A stretch of DNA of 64,000 nt from Opitutaceae bacterium (GCA_027490995.1 JAIXWY010000015.1:59066-123065); one strand, 5' to 3'. Shown: positions 32,046 through 41,318, numbered from the stretch's first letter. Numbers and translations are program-made. Notes: a model not told the origin generated them from the letters alone.

Positions 32046-34220
32046 ATGCGGCAGCGTGATCAGACGGATTGTGGGCCGACTTGCCTCGCCTACCTCTGCC
32101 GGCGGTTTGGCCGCCCGGAGTCAGTCGCCCGCCTGCGCCAGTGGGCGGGAACGGACCGCGGGGGCACCAGTGCGCTCGGGCTGATCCAAGCGGCGCGCCG
32201 GATGGGCGTCCGCTTGGAGGGCGTGAAGGGAACGGCTGGGGAGATCGACGGCTTGCCGGTTCCCTTCATCGCCCACGTCCTACTCCCGACCGGCCACCCG
32301 CACTTCGTGGTGGTGGAGAAGATCGGCGTCCGGTGGCTGGGCGTGATGGATCCAGCGGTCGGGGTGGTGGCGCGCTGGCCGCGGGAGCGATTTGCGGCGG
32401 CGGCCTCCGGTGTTTTCCTGCTGGCCGCCGTCGCGCCGGAGAGCGGGGAGTCAGCGACCGCGGGTCAGCCGTGTGCCAGTGCCGTTGCCGCGGGCCAACC
32501 GCAAGCATGGCGGGGCGCTTGGTGGCGCGGCCCCTGGGCTCGTCTGGCAGGCCTGCTCTGGCCGCACCGTTCGCTGGTCCTGCGGGCGGTCGTCGCGGCC
32601 GTTGTCGCGACGGTGCTGAGCCTCGCGTTTTCGCTCTACGTCGAGCGGGTCGTCGATGCGGTTGTGCCGCGGCAGGATGTCCACCTGCTCACGGTTCTCG
32701 GGGTCGCGATGCTTCTGATTGTGGCCGTGAGGCAGGCGCTCGGGTGGATCCAAGGTTGGTGGGTGCTGCGGCTCGGTCAGCGACTCGATGCCGCGCTCAT
32801 CCTCGGCTATCACCGGCATCTGCTGGCGTTGCCGGCGACGTTTCATGAGGGCATGCGGGTCGGCGACCTCCTGGCGCGTGTGGGCGACGCGATCAAGGTT
32901 CGGACGTTCCTAAGCACGACGCTGGTGGGCATGGCGCTGCATCCGCTGCTGCTGGTGGGAGCGCTGGTGGCGCTGTTTGTGCTCCACTCGACGCTCGGGC
33001 AGATCGCGGCCGTGTTGCTTGCGGTGCAGGCGGCGCTGGCGCCGGTGGTGAGTCGGGTGAGTCGGGAGCGGCAGCGTGAGTTGCTGCAGCGAGGATCGGA
33101 GTGGCAGGCGCACCTTGCGGAGTCGCTCGCGCACCACGGCACGGTTCGCGCCCTGCGCTGGGAGGCGCGGGAGGAGCAGCGAGCCGAGCAGCAACTCGGG
33201 CGCCTGCTCGGCGCCAGTCGCAGCGTGGTCGTCGCGGGCCTCTGGACCGCGGTCTTCGGGCAGGGCACCGCGCAGGTTTACACCGTGGCGACCCTGTGGG
33301 TGGGCGCGTCGCTGGTGCTGCAGGATCAGTTGACGCTGGGTCAGCTGATGAGTGCGTACGCGCTCTCGGGCTACGTGGCGGGTCCGGCGGCGGCGTTGCT
33401 GGGCCTGAGCGGTAGCGTGCAGGAGGCCGTGGCGGCGACAGAGCGGCTCTTCGAGGTGATGGACCTGGAGCGCGAGGGGCGGACGGGGCGGCTGCGGTTG
33501 GAAGACGGAAGCGGCGGCGCGGTGCGGTTGGAGGACGTGAGTCTGCAGCCGGCGGGACGGCTTCCGATCCTGCGGGATCTCACGCTGGAGATTGTGCCGG
33601 GCCGATGGACCGCCCTCGCGGGCGCGTCGGGTAGCGGCAAGAGCTCGGTGCTGGCGCTCGTGCAAGGGGCGGTTCGGCCCAGCTCCGGCCGCGTCCTGCT
33701 CGACGGGAGGGAGCTGGAGCTTTTTGAAAGTGGGGCGCTGCGCGATACCCTCTCCGTGTTGCCGCAGCGCGTGGAACTCTTTTCCGGCACGGTGCTCGAC
33801 AATCTTACCGGAGACGCGACATCCCCGGACCTTCCGCGGCTCATCGAGGCGTGTCGCGATGCGGGGGTGCTTGAGTGGATCGAGTCGCAGCCGCAGGGCT
33901 TCGGCACCGTCCTGATGGAGGGTGGGGCCGCGCTCTCGGGTGGGCAGCGGCAGCGACTCGCGCTAGCGCGCGCGCTTTATCGGCCGTGCCGGTTACTCGT
34001 ACTCGATGAGCCCACCTCGGCGTTGGATGCGGACGCCGAGCAACGGATCGTCGCGGCCCTGCGGCGCCGCGTGGATGCTGGCGTCACGCTGCTCGTCGCG
34101 TCGCACGCCCCGGCACTGCTCGCCGCGGCGGACACGGTGCTGCATCTGGAAGGAGGTCGTGGCGTACGGGAGGATCGCCGAGCCCGCGCTCCGCTGGCCA
34201 TGGCTCCGTCCTCGGTGTGA
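32046..34220 (+). CDS. peptidase C39 domain-containing ABC transporter (bacteriocin/peptide cleavage-export type)
   Basis: ORF 31845..34220, trimmed to the ATG at 32046 (an in-frame GTG at 32028 is also possible). N-terminus MRQRDQTDCGPTCLAYLCRRFG...HPHFVVVEK...VMDPA (Q/C/H/D of papain-like C39). Six-TM ABC membrane domain. Walker A GASGSGKSSV, signature LSGGQRQRLALARAL, Walker B LLVLDEPTSALD, H-loop LLVASHAP. Confidence 0.88.
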   Translation: MRQRDQTDCGPTCLAYLCRRFGRPESVARLRQWAGTDRGGTSALGLIQAARRMGVRLEGVKGTAGEIDGLPVPFIAHVLLPTGHPHFVVVEKIGVRWLGVMDPAVGVVARWPRERFAAAASGVFLLAAVAPESGESATAGQPCASAVAAGQPQAWRGAWWRGPWARLAGLLWPHRSLVLRAVVAAVVATVLSLAFSLYVERVVDAVVPRQDVHLLTVLGVAMLLIVAVRQALGWIQGWWVLRLGQRLDAALILGYHRHLLALPATFHEGMRVGDLLARVGDAIKVRTFLSTTLVGMALHPLLLVGALVALFVLHSTLGQIAAVLLAVQAALAPVVSRVSRERQRELLQRGSEWQAHLAESLAHHGTVRALRWEAREEQRAEQQLGRLLGASRSVVVAGLWTAVFGQGTAQVYTVATLWVGASLVLQDQLTLGQLMSAYALSGYVAGPAAALLGLSGSVQEAVAATERLFEVMDLEREGRTGRLRLEDGSGGAVRLEDVSLQPAGRLPILRDLTLEIVPGRWTALAGASGSGKSSVLALVQGAVRPSSGRVLLDGRELELFESGALRDTLSVLPQRVELFSGTVLDNLTGDATSPDLPRLIEACRDAGVLEWIESQPQGFGTVLMEGGAALSGGQRQRLALARALYRPCRLLVLDEPTSALDADAEQRIVAALRRRVDAGVTLLVASHAPALLAAADTVLHLEGGRGVREDRRARAPLAMAPSSV

Positions 34221-34406
34221 CGGATTGCTGGAGCGGCTTGCCGGTGGTCGCGGGCGTGGTGCGACCCGCGGCTGGTCGCGTGGGACGACACCTGTCGAGC
34301 AACTGGTTGCTCGCGGGTGCTTTGAGAGGGATAGGCCCGCGCCCGCGCGTGGTGAGGTGGGCGAGCTGTCCGGTGGGGGCCGGCTCGCGACCTCGTTTAT
34401 TCTGGC

Positions 34407-37400
34407 TTAATCGAGCGGCTGGCGGCCGAGGGTGCCGACGAGAGCGGCGCGGTAGGCGGGAGAAGCCATGCGGGCGAGCTCGCGCTGGGCGTGGATGAGC
34501 CGGCCTCGGATGCCGAGCCGCGCGGCGATGTCGGCGTAGTGCGGTTGGTCGAGGAAGAGTTCGAGTGATTGAACGTGGCGCGTCCAGCGCCGTTGGTCTT
34601 CCGCCTGTTGGGTGTCGAGGCGAGCGGCGTACCACGCGCTTTCCAGCAGGTGGTCACGGGTGAACCGTTGGCGAACGGCGGGCGAGGCCAAGTCCTCGCC
34701 TGCCACCGTCTTGCCGTGAGCCATGATCTCGAGCAAGGCGCGCAGCGGCGGACACGCGAGGGCGGCGCTGCCGTCGTTGAAGTAGCTCTCCGCCACGCGC
34801 TGATGGGTGGCGACGATGTTGTCCATACCGTCGGCGAAGATTTCGGCATCCTGCAGCTCCGGCCGCAGCATCTCCTCGGTGAAGACGGCGTGCGGATGCG
34901 CGAAGACGCGACCGAAGTACGTGCGGACAAACCCGCTGGTGATCCGGTAGCCGAGCCGGCTGGCTGGCACGGTGCGGCCGGCCACGACGAAGTCGCGGCA
35001 CGGCTCAAGGCTTCCTTCTTCAATCAGGTGTCGCGCACTGCGCTCGAGTGAGCTCATGCGGGCGAAGACCTCGGGGACGAGCAGGCTGACGTCGTGGTCG
35101 ACCCGCACCTTCGGACCCACGTAGCCCGCGGCGGAGAGAAAAACGTCGTGGCCGGTCAGAATCAGCGAGACGAGGGCCGCGTTCAGATCGATGATCGGCG
35201 GAAGCGCGTTGAAGGGCAATTTGGTCAGCGCGCCTTCGGAGCCCGCGCCCGTGGTCGACGGGGACTTTCCGGTCATCGAGCTGATGAATTCCATGAACAG
35301 CTCGGGCAGCTCCAAGTGGTGGATCGGGTTGAACACGCACAGCGGCCGCACACCGGGTTCGGGCGGGTTGTTACGCCGTCCGGGGATGACGAGGTGCACC
35401 GGCGTGATCGGCGCGGGGCCGCCGGCGGGCAGCTTCCGCCGCAGGCTCTGGCTCAGATGGGCCAGCGCGGTGCGGTGCGGATTCGCGAGGTCGGGACGGA
35501 GTTGCAGGTAGCGCGGGTTCTTCGATGGCTTCCCGTCCACCAGCCGCGGATGAGCGGAGGAGACGAAGTAGTCCGGCCGCGCTCCGTCCGCGGCGGCAGC
35601 CCGGATCACTTGCTGCATCGGCGGGGTGAAGGCGGAGAAACCAATCGCATCCTCCATCAGCGCCCGCGCGTCATTCGCGGTTAATGGGGCGTAGTTCGAC
35701 AGAAAGTTGCCCGGGCTCGCGATGTCGGCCTCCGCTTGGTTGTCGTAGCCGCGATGGATCGCGTCGTCAGGGCGCTGGAAAAGCCGCGTCTCGCAGTTCT
35801 GGACGAACTTCACCGCAGTGCCGGGCGGCAGCGGTGGTTGCGAGGGAGGCAGGAGGGATTGGGCGACCTGGTGGGCCGGGACTACGATCGAGGCGGTGAT
35901 GTCGTCCTCGAGCTGGACCTTTTCCGCGGGGTGGAAGTCGTGGCGCAGCCCGAAGACGCGCCAGGAACCGTCGCTGGAGAAGCCGACGCGCAGCGTATTG
36001 ACCACGACCTTGCGGCCTCCGTGGCGGAGTTCGTTGGCGGGGCGGCCGTTGATCTGGTCGACGGAAAAATGCCGCCGCCACTGGTCGCCCCACTCCGGCC
36101 GGTGGAAACGCTTGATCACGAACACCAGCTCCTTGATGTGGGGAGGGATCGAGCGCAGCCACTCGTTGTAGGCGTCGGTGTAGTCGGCCGCCGAAGGCGT
36201 GAGCAGCTTGATGACGCTGCCGAAAGAGCGAGCGGGGCTGAGGATGGGTCGGCGGTCCGGTTCGCCGCGCAGGCAGCGGAAACGATCGGCGTAGTCGCGG
36301 GCGAGGATCGCGGCGACCGCATCCATGTCCTTGTCGAAGTCGGCGACGAACACGCTGCCGGACATGATGGCGTCGGTGATGGCCTTGGAGATCTCGGATT
36401 TCCCGCCGCCGGAAACCGTGCAGGGCTTGTGGCAGACGAGGCCCTCGGCGAGGGTGCCGACGAGGCGCCAGCGAGACGGATCGGTCTCGTCGGCCTCGAG
36501 GTTGACGCGATAGCCGCCGGGGCGCATGTAGGTTTTTCCGGCGAGCAGGCGAATCCCTTGCGTGGTGCCATCGGGCTGGATCCAAGACACACGCTGGTCC
36601 TTTAGGCTGAAGTGGGCCTGCTCCGGGATCAGGATAACATCGGTGAGTACCTGATCGAGGGCGTGTCCCTCCGGCTGCAGCTGGAAGCGCCCTGGATAGC
36701 GTGCGATGACATCGGCGATGTTGTAGTGGTCGGGGTCGCCGTAGGCCTCGAAGTCGAGACCGAGATCGTAGGACGGAAAGACGAGTGCCCCGCCGGCGTG
36801 TTCCTCCTCGGCGAGCCCGTGGAGGTTGGCGGCGTAACTCACCTGGGTCTTCACCTCCTTCTTGCAGTACCCGAAGTAGTTGTCGGCGATGAGTGTCACC
36901 ATGACCCCGCGGGTGTCGCGCGCGCAGACCTTGAAGGCGGAGCCCCCGTTGTAGAGCTCGTCCTCGCTCTTCCAGCACATCCCGTCGCGACGCTGGCGCG
37001 GGGTGGCGAGATTCCAGTGGGGCAGGCCGAGCGCATGCTTTGGCACGCGGGTGAGGTGTGGGGCGAGGATGACGCAACCGCTGTGGCCGCTCCAGCCGTC
37101 GACATCGAGAGCGGCGTCGTTTTCGGGGAGCAGCGGATCGCCGGCGTTGCCAAAGATTTCCTCGACGAAGTCGAGGTTGGCGACGAGCGAGCCCGGCACG
37201 AAGAAACGGATCTCCATGCGCTTCTCGGGGATGACCCCGGGTACGGCAGGCACCACGAGTGGACGGAGCAGCAGGGAAACGAAGCCCTCGGCGGGCTGCG
37301 GATTGCGCGCGGTGAACGGCAGGCGGGAGAGGTCGCGCGGAGGATCCAAGGCGATCGCGAGCAGCCGCGAGAAGGCCACCTTCGGCACGGCGAGCTTATC

Positions 37401-37844
37401 GTCTGGCACCGGCAGGCCGCCCTCGGCCACGTGGAACACCCCTTGCGTGGTTCTCCGGTCCGTCAACGGATTGTGCAGCACGCCGTTGTGAATGCGGTAG
37501 CTCTTGAGCAGCGGCGATTCGTGGACATCGGCGTCGGGCGGCAGGGAGAGTTCGCGGGCGAGACCGGGTTGATCGAGGACGAACGTCCGGGCAGGGAGTC
37601 GCGGGGCGGGGCCGCTGTCGCTGAGGTACTGGTTGAGGAAGTGCTGGATGCGGGCGTCGGCGGGGCAGAGGCGGTCGGCCAGCTGACGGGTGATTTCGCG
37701 GTGGCGGGCGAAGATCGGAGCGGTCAGCTGGCTCCACGGCCGGCTCTCGGCGTCGTCGAGCGTCGAATGACCGAGGAGTGCGAGGCGCAGATTGATTGCC
37801 TGCTGCAGGCGCTGGCGGGTGGCGTGATCCGTGGGTTGGCTCAT
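34407..37844 (-). CDS. large conserved cytosolic protein (1145 aa) with HPrK/PEPCK-like P-loop; possibly PPi-dependent PEP carboxykinase family
   Basis: Uninterrupted 1145-codon ORF with non-repetitive, globular-looking sequence. Motif CTVSGGGKSEISKAI (SGGGKSE codons 36393..36413) resembles the SGxGKSE P-loop of HPr kinase/PEPCK-fold enzymes. The size matches the ~130 kDa PPi-PEPCK class. The functional call comes from memory of that family, not from an alignment. Confidence 0.85.
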   Translation of the reverse strand: MSQPTDHATRQRLQQAINLRLALLGHSTLDDAESRPWSQLTAPIFARHREITRQLADRLCPADARIQHFLNQYLSDSGPAPRLPARTFVLDQPGLARELSLPPDADVHESPLLKSYRIHNGVLHNPLTDRRTTQGVFHVAEGGLPVPDDKLAVPKVAFSRLLAIALDPPRDLSRLPFTARNPQPAEGFVSLLLRPLVVPAVPGVIPEKRMEIRFFVPGSLVANLDFVEEIFGNAGDPLLPENDAALDVDGWSGHSGCVILAPHLTRVPKHALGLPHWNLATPRQRRDGMCWKSEDELYNGGSAFKVCARDTRGVMVTLIADNYFGYCKKEVKTQVSYAANLHGLAEEEHAGGALVFPSYDLGLDFEAYGDPDHYNIADVIARYPGRFQLQPEGHALDQVLTDVILIPEQAHFSLKDQRVSWIQPDGTTQGIRLLAGKTYMRPGGYRVNLEADETDPSRWRLVGTLAEGLVCHKPCTVSGGGKSEISKAITDAIMSGSVFVADFDKDMDAVAAILARDYADRFRCLRGEPDRRPILSPARSFGSVIKLLTPSAADYTDAYNEWLRSIPPHIKELVFVIKRFHRPEWGDQWRRHFSVDQINGRPANELRHGGRKVVVNTLRVGFSSDGSWRVFGLRHDFHPAEKVQLEDDITASIVVPAHQVAQSLLPPSQPPLPPGTAVKFVQNCETRLFQRPDDAIHRGYDNQAEADIASPGNFLSNYAPLTANDARALMEDAIGFSAFTPPMQQVIRAAAADGARPDYFVSSAHPRLVDGKPSKNPRYLQLRPDLANPHRTALAHLSQSLRRKLPAGGPAPITPVHLVIPGRRNNPPEPGVRPLCVFNPIHHLELPELFMEFISSMTGKSPSTTGAGSEGALTKLPFNALPPIIDLNAALVSLILTGHDVFLSAAGYVGPKVRVDHDVSLLVPEVFARMSSLERSARHLIEEGSLEPCRDFVVAGRTVPASRLGYRITSGFVRTYFGRVFAHPHAVFTEEMLRPELQDAEIFADGMDNIVATHQRVAESYFNDGSAALACPPLRALLEIMAHGKTVAGEDLASPAVRQRFTRDHLLESAWYAARLDTQQAEDQRRWTRHVQSLELFLDQPHYADIAARLGIRGRLIHAQRELARMASPAYRAALVGTLGRQPLD

Positions 37845-37893
37845 GCGGGAAGGTGGTGGCGGGCGGGAAAAAGGAGCGAGAGGGGGAGAGCAA

Positions 37894-38343
37894 TCAGGCG
37901 GGGGCGCGGAGGAAGCGGCGCAGCCAGACGAGCAGCAAGGCGAGCCGTGCGGTCCAACCGGCCGTGCGGATCCAGTTGCTGTCGACCAAGTGATGGATCA
38001 CGGCCGCGTCGGCGCCGCGCTGGACAAGGTGCTGGTGAAGCGGTACCTGGACGAACGCGGTGGAGGCCCAGAGCAGGCCCACCAAGGCAGCGCCTCCCCA
38101 CGCCAGAGGCTCCTGCCGGTGCAGGGCGAGCGTCGCGACGGCGAGTCCCAACTCGGCCAGCATGGCGGGGGCGACGATCCAAGTGATGCGGCTCATCTCG
38201 GCAGCGTGATAGAGGGGAAACTCCGTGGGGCCGACCGAGGCGAACAAGGGATAGAGCACCCCCTGTACGACCCAGATGAGCCCGCACAAAAAGGCGCAAA
38301 GCACGACTTGCGCCAGAATGAGGGGACCGGTCGCGCGACGCAT
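37894..38343 (-). CDS. small integral membrane protein (4 TM; DUF1772/anthrone-oxygenase-like?)
   Basis: ORF 37894..38496, trimmed to the ATG at 38343 (MRRATGPLILAQVVLCAFLCGLIWVVQGVLYPLF...). Four hydrophobic helices. It lies directly upstream of the 1145-aa gene on the same strand (49-nt gap). Confidence 0.6.
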   Translation of the reverse strand: MRRATGPLILAQVVLCAFLCGLIWVVQGVLYPLFASVGPTEFPLYHAAEMSRITWIVAPAMLAELGLAVATLALHRQEPLAWGGAALVGLLWASTAFVQVPLHQHLVQRGADAAVIHHLVDSNWIRTAGWTARLALLLVWLRRFLRAPA

Positions 38344-38498
38344 AGGTCGACTAGCAAACCCTTTTGCCGGGCCGGTGCAACCGCCCGCCGACCGCAGTGG
38401 GGGATTTCCGCGGCTCTTGCCTTCCGGGCAAGTCATGATGCGATGGATGCACCGTGTCGCCTGCCGAACACCCTGGATCTCCTGACTCCCCTGCACCG

Positions 38499-39113
38499 AT
38501 GCCCTTGGGCGCGGAACTGCGTTATCGGGCGAAGCATTTGCCTGAGAGTGCGATGACGCTGGGGGAGTTGATGGACACGCTCGGAGCGCGGGTGTCGGCG
38601 CTGCTGATGCTGGTGTGCGCGCTGCCGTTTTGCGCGCCGATCACGATTCCCGGCCTCTCAACCCCATTTGGGATCGTCATCGCCGTCCTAGCCGCGCGCT
38701 ATGCGGCCGGGCTCCCGCCCTGGCTCCCGCGCCGCCTGCGTGCGGTGGCCTTGCCGCCCCGGATTGTTGGGCGCGTCCTCGAAGGGGGTGGGCGGGTGGT
38801 GGAGTGGTTTGAGCGTCGCCTGCGGCCCCGCTGGCACTGGGTGGCCGATGCCCCGTGGAAACTGCGGCTGCACGCCATCGTGATCCTGTTCGCCGCCCTC
38901 CTCCTCATGCTGCCCCTGCCTCCCTTTCCGCCTTTCACCAATACCCTTCCGGCGTTGACGGTGGTGCTGCTGACCATGAGTAGCCTGGAGCGTGACGGTG
39001 CGGCGATCCTCGTCGGCCACACCCTGTTTGTCGGAACCTTGGGCTACTTTGCCTTCTGGGGAGCGATCGTGTGGGAGACCCTGCGCCGGTTGGTGCCGGC
39101 CTTGGTGGGCTAG
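38499..39113 (+). CDS. ExoD (exopolysaccharide synthesis) family membrane protein
   Basis: ORF 38454..39113 (GTG); ATG at 38499, with another at 38553. Sequence LGELMDTLGARVSALLMLVCALPFCAPITIPGLSTPFGIVIAVLA...LPPFPPFTNTLPALTVVLLTMSSLERDG is typical of the ExoD family. Confidence 0.72.
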   Translation: MPLGAELRYRAKHLPESAMTLGELMDTLGARVSALLMLVCALPFCAPITIPGLSTPFGIVIAVLAARYAAGLPPWLPRRLRAVALPPRIVGRVLEGGGRVVEWFERRLRPRWHWVADAPWKLRLHAIVILFAALLLMLPLPPFPPFTNTLPALTVVLLTMSSLERDGAAILVGHTLFVGTLGYFAFWGAIVWETLRRLVPALVG

Positions 39114-39168
39114 TACCGCAGCGGCTCCCGGGTTGCGCCTGAGCCCCGTCCCGGGCAGAGTGCTCGGA

Positions 39169-39990
39169 ATGCCGCCTTCGCCCGTCACCCCTGGACTTCG
39201 TCCGATCACGCTGACCCGCTGGGACTCAGCGCGGGGCGCGGTGGGGGATGAGGATGTGACGGCGGTCGAGGAACCCCTTGAGTTACGCATTGGCGGCCGG
39301 AGCTTGGCCGTGCTCATGCGTACGCCCGGGCAGGATCGGGATCTGGCGCTGGGGTTTCTGATCACGGAAGGTATTCTCGCTGGAGCCGACGCGGTGCTCG
39401 ACCTCGTGTACTGTGCCGACGGCGAGGCGGGGAAGGGGAACGTCCTAGATGCGGTGCTGGCGCCGGGCGTGACGGTGGAGTGGGACCGCCTGCAGCGGCA
39501 CAGCTTCGCTTCCTCCAGTTGCGGCCTCTGTGGAAAGGCCAGCATCGAGGCCGTGCGGACACGGTGCGCGCCGCTGCGGGCTGGCCTGCAGCCGGACCCT
39601 GGCGTCTTGGTGCAACTGCCGCAGCGCCTGCGCGCCGCCCAGGCCTCCTTTGCGGCCACGGGGGCGGTGCACGCGAGCGGCCTGTTTTCCGCGGCCGGCG
39701 AACTGGAGGTACTGCGCGAGGACGTAGGACGACATAACGCCCTCGACAAAGTTGTCGGCTGGGCCGCCGCCGCCGGTCGATTGCCCCTGGATGACCGCAT
39801 CCTGCTCGTGAGCGGCCGCGTCTCGTTCGAACTCATGCAGAAAGCCTTGGCGGCCGGCATCCCCTGCGTGGCCGGCATCTCCGCCCCCACCAGTCTGGCC
39901 GTCGACTTCGCGCGGGAGGCGGGGCAGACGCTGGTCGGGTTCCTCCGCGGTGACCGCATGAACGTTTATGCGGGCACTCTCGGCTGCTGA
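39169..39990 (+). CDS. fdhD: formate dehydrogenase accessory sulfurtransferase FdhD
   Basis: ORF 38992..39990, trimmed to the ATG at 39169. Contains EEPLELRIGG, RTPGQDRDLALGFLITEGI, SSCGLCGKASIE, EDVGRHNALDKVVG and VSGRVSFELMQKALAAGIP. Confidence 0.9.
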   Translation: MPPSPVTPGLRPITLTRWDSARGAVGDEDVTAVEEPLELRIGGRSLAVLMRTPGQDRDLALGFLITEGILAGADAVLDLVYCADGEAGKGNVLDAVLAPGVTVEWDRLQRHSFASSSCGLCGKASIEAVRTRCAPLRAGLQPDPGVLVQLPQRLRAAQASFAATGAVHASGLFSAAGELEVLREDVGRHNALDKVVGWAAAAGRLPLDDRILLVSGRVSFELMQKALAAGIPCVAGISAPTSLAVDFAREAGQTLVGFLRGDRMNVYAGTLGC

Positions 39991-40037
39991 GCGGGTCTGA
40001 GATTGTCCGCGTCACGTTTTTGACTCCCTTTGTTCCC

Positions 40038-40886
40038 ATGCGCTTTCCTCTGATTTCCTGCGGCTTGGCGATGTTTCTCAGTGTGGCGACCTGGCTTTCA
40101 GCCGCGCCAGAAGGCGATCCCGCGGAACGACTGCAGGCCCTGGTGGCGCGCCAGCGCGAACTGCTTGCCGCCGCTGAACGCAAGACCTCGCAGAACGAAC
40201 TGGAGGACCTGCGGCAGCCCCTGCAGGAACTGTGTTACGCGTACGAGGACTACCTGCGCGCCTTTCCCGATCAGGCCGCGGGCTATGCCAGTTACGCATT
40301 GTTGCTAGACCATCCGGTCATCGATGAACGGCGCCGGTCCACCGCGCTTTTCCTGCGGGCGAACCAGCTGAATCCCGAGATGGCGTTGGTCAAGAACCAG
40401 CTCGGCAATCACCTTGCTGAGGACGGCAAACCCCTCGAGGCCGTGAACTACTACCTGGCCGCGATCCGACTCGAACCCAAGGAATCACTCTACCACTACC
40501 AACTCGGCACGCTTTTGGCGGAGGCGCGGGACGACTTTCTGAAGAGCGGCGAGTGGGCTCGCGAAAAACTCGATGCCGCGCTGATCAGCGCCTTCCGCGA
40601 AGCGATGAACCTTGCCCCGGATAACTGGCGCTACGCCTATCGCTTCGGCTTGGCCTTCTACGATGTCGACCAGCCCGACTGGACCGAGGCGCTGCGCTTC
40701 TGGCAGGATTTCGAGTCCCGCGTGAAACCCGGCATCGAGCAGCAAACCTGCCGCATTCACCAAGCCCGCATCCATCTCGCCCGCGGCGAACGGGATCGCG
40801 CCCGCGCCACCCTCGAGACCGTGACGGAGTCCGTCCTCGACCGCCAGAAAGCCAAGCTCATCGCAGAACTCGAGGCTGCCAAGTGA
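40038..40886 (+). CDS. secreted tetratricopeptide-repeat protein
   Basis: ORF 40020..40886, ATG at 40038 (MRFPLISCGLAMFLSVATWLSAAP, signal peptide). TPR-like repeats: ALVKNQLGNHLAEDGKPLEAVNYYLAAIRLEPKESLYHYQLGTLL... Confidence 0.75.
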   Translation: MRFPLISCGLAMFLSVATWLSAAPEGDPAERLQALVARQRELLAAAERKTSQNELEDLRQPLQELCYAYEDYLRAFPDQAAGYASYALLLDHPVIDERRRSTALFLRANQLNPEMALVKNQLGNHLAEDGKPLEAVNYYLAAIRLEPKESLYHYQLGTLLAEARDDFLKSGEWAREKLDAALISAFREAMNLAPDNWRYAYRFGLAFYDVDQPDWTEALRFWQDFESRVKPGIEQQTCRIHQARIHLARGERDRARATLETVTESVLDRQKAKLIAELEAAK

Positions 40887-40952
40887 CTTAAGCACGAGCG
40901 GGGCGACGGATTACGCTGGCGATGTATTACTTCTCGCTCATATAGTTCTGCG

Positions 40953-41318
40953 ATGGCGACGAGTTGTAAGACGGGAAGTCGGGTGGCGGTGCGCCCCCTC
41001 AGCGAGGAGGCGCTGGAGATGGTGGCGCGTCGGTTTGCGCTCTTGGGCGAGCCCATGCGACTCCGGCTGCTGCATGCGTTGTTCGACGGCGAGAAGTCCG
41101 TGACGGCTTTGGTGAAGGCGAGCGGCGGGACGCAGGCGAACGTCTCGCGTCACCTGCAGGCGTTGGCCGAGGCCGGGCTGCTGGGGCGTCGCAAGCAGGG
41201 GCTGCAGGTATTTTATTCGATCGCGGATCCGACCCTATTCCAACTTTGCGAGTTGGTGTGTGGGAGCCTCGAGGAGAAGCTGGCGCGGGACTCGAAGGCG
41301 TTCGCCCGCACTGGCTGA
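40953..41318 (+). CDS. ArsR/SmtB-family transcriptional regulator
   Basis: FALLGEPMRLRLLHALFDGEKSVTALVKASGGTQANVSRHLQALAEAGLLGRRKQGLQVFYSI is a winged-HTH of the ArsR family. The alpha3 CVC metal site is not present. Confidence 0.85.
   Translation: MATSCKTGSRVAVRPLSEEALEMVARRFALLGEPMRLRLLHALFDGEKSVTALVKASGGTQANVSRHLQALAEAGLLGRRKQGLQVFYSIADPTLFQLCELVCGSLEEKLARDSKAFARTG

Noticed and set aside
34217-34498. 93-aa ORF just after the C39-ABC gene as a possible immunity protein
   Set aside because: It has Arg/Gly-rich low-complexity sequence without a TM segment. It overlaps the 3' end of the convergent 1145-aa gene, and nothing supports it as coding.
36612-38186. 524-aa plus-strand ORF overlapping the 1145-aa gene and the small membrane protein gene
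   Set aside because: It is antisense to two minus-strand genes. Its composition (G/A/E/R/V repeats) is typical of shadow frames.
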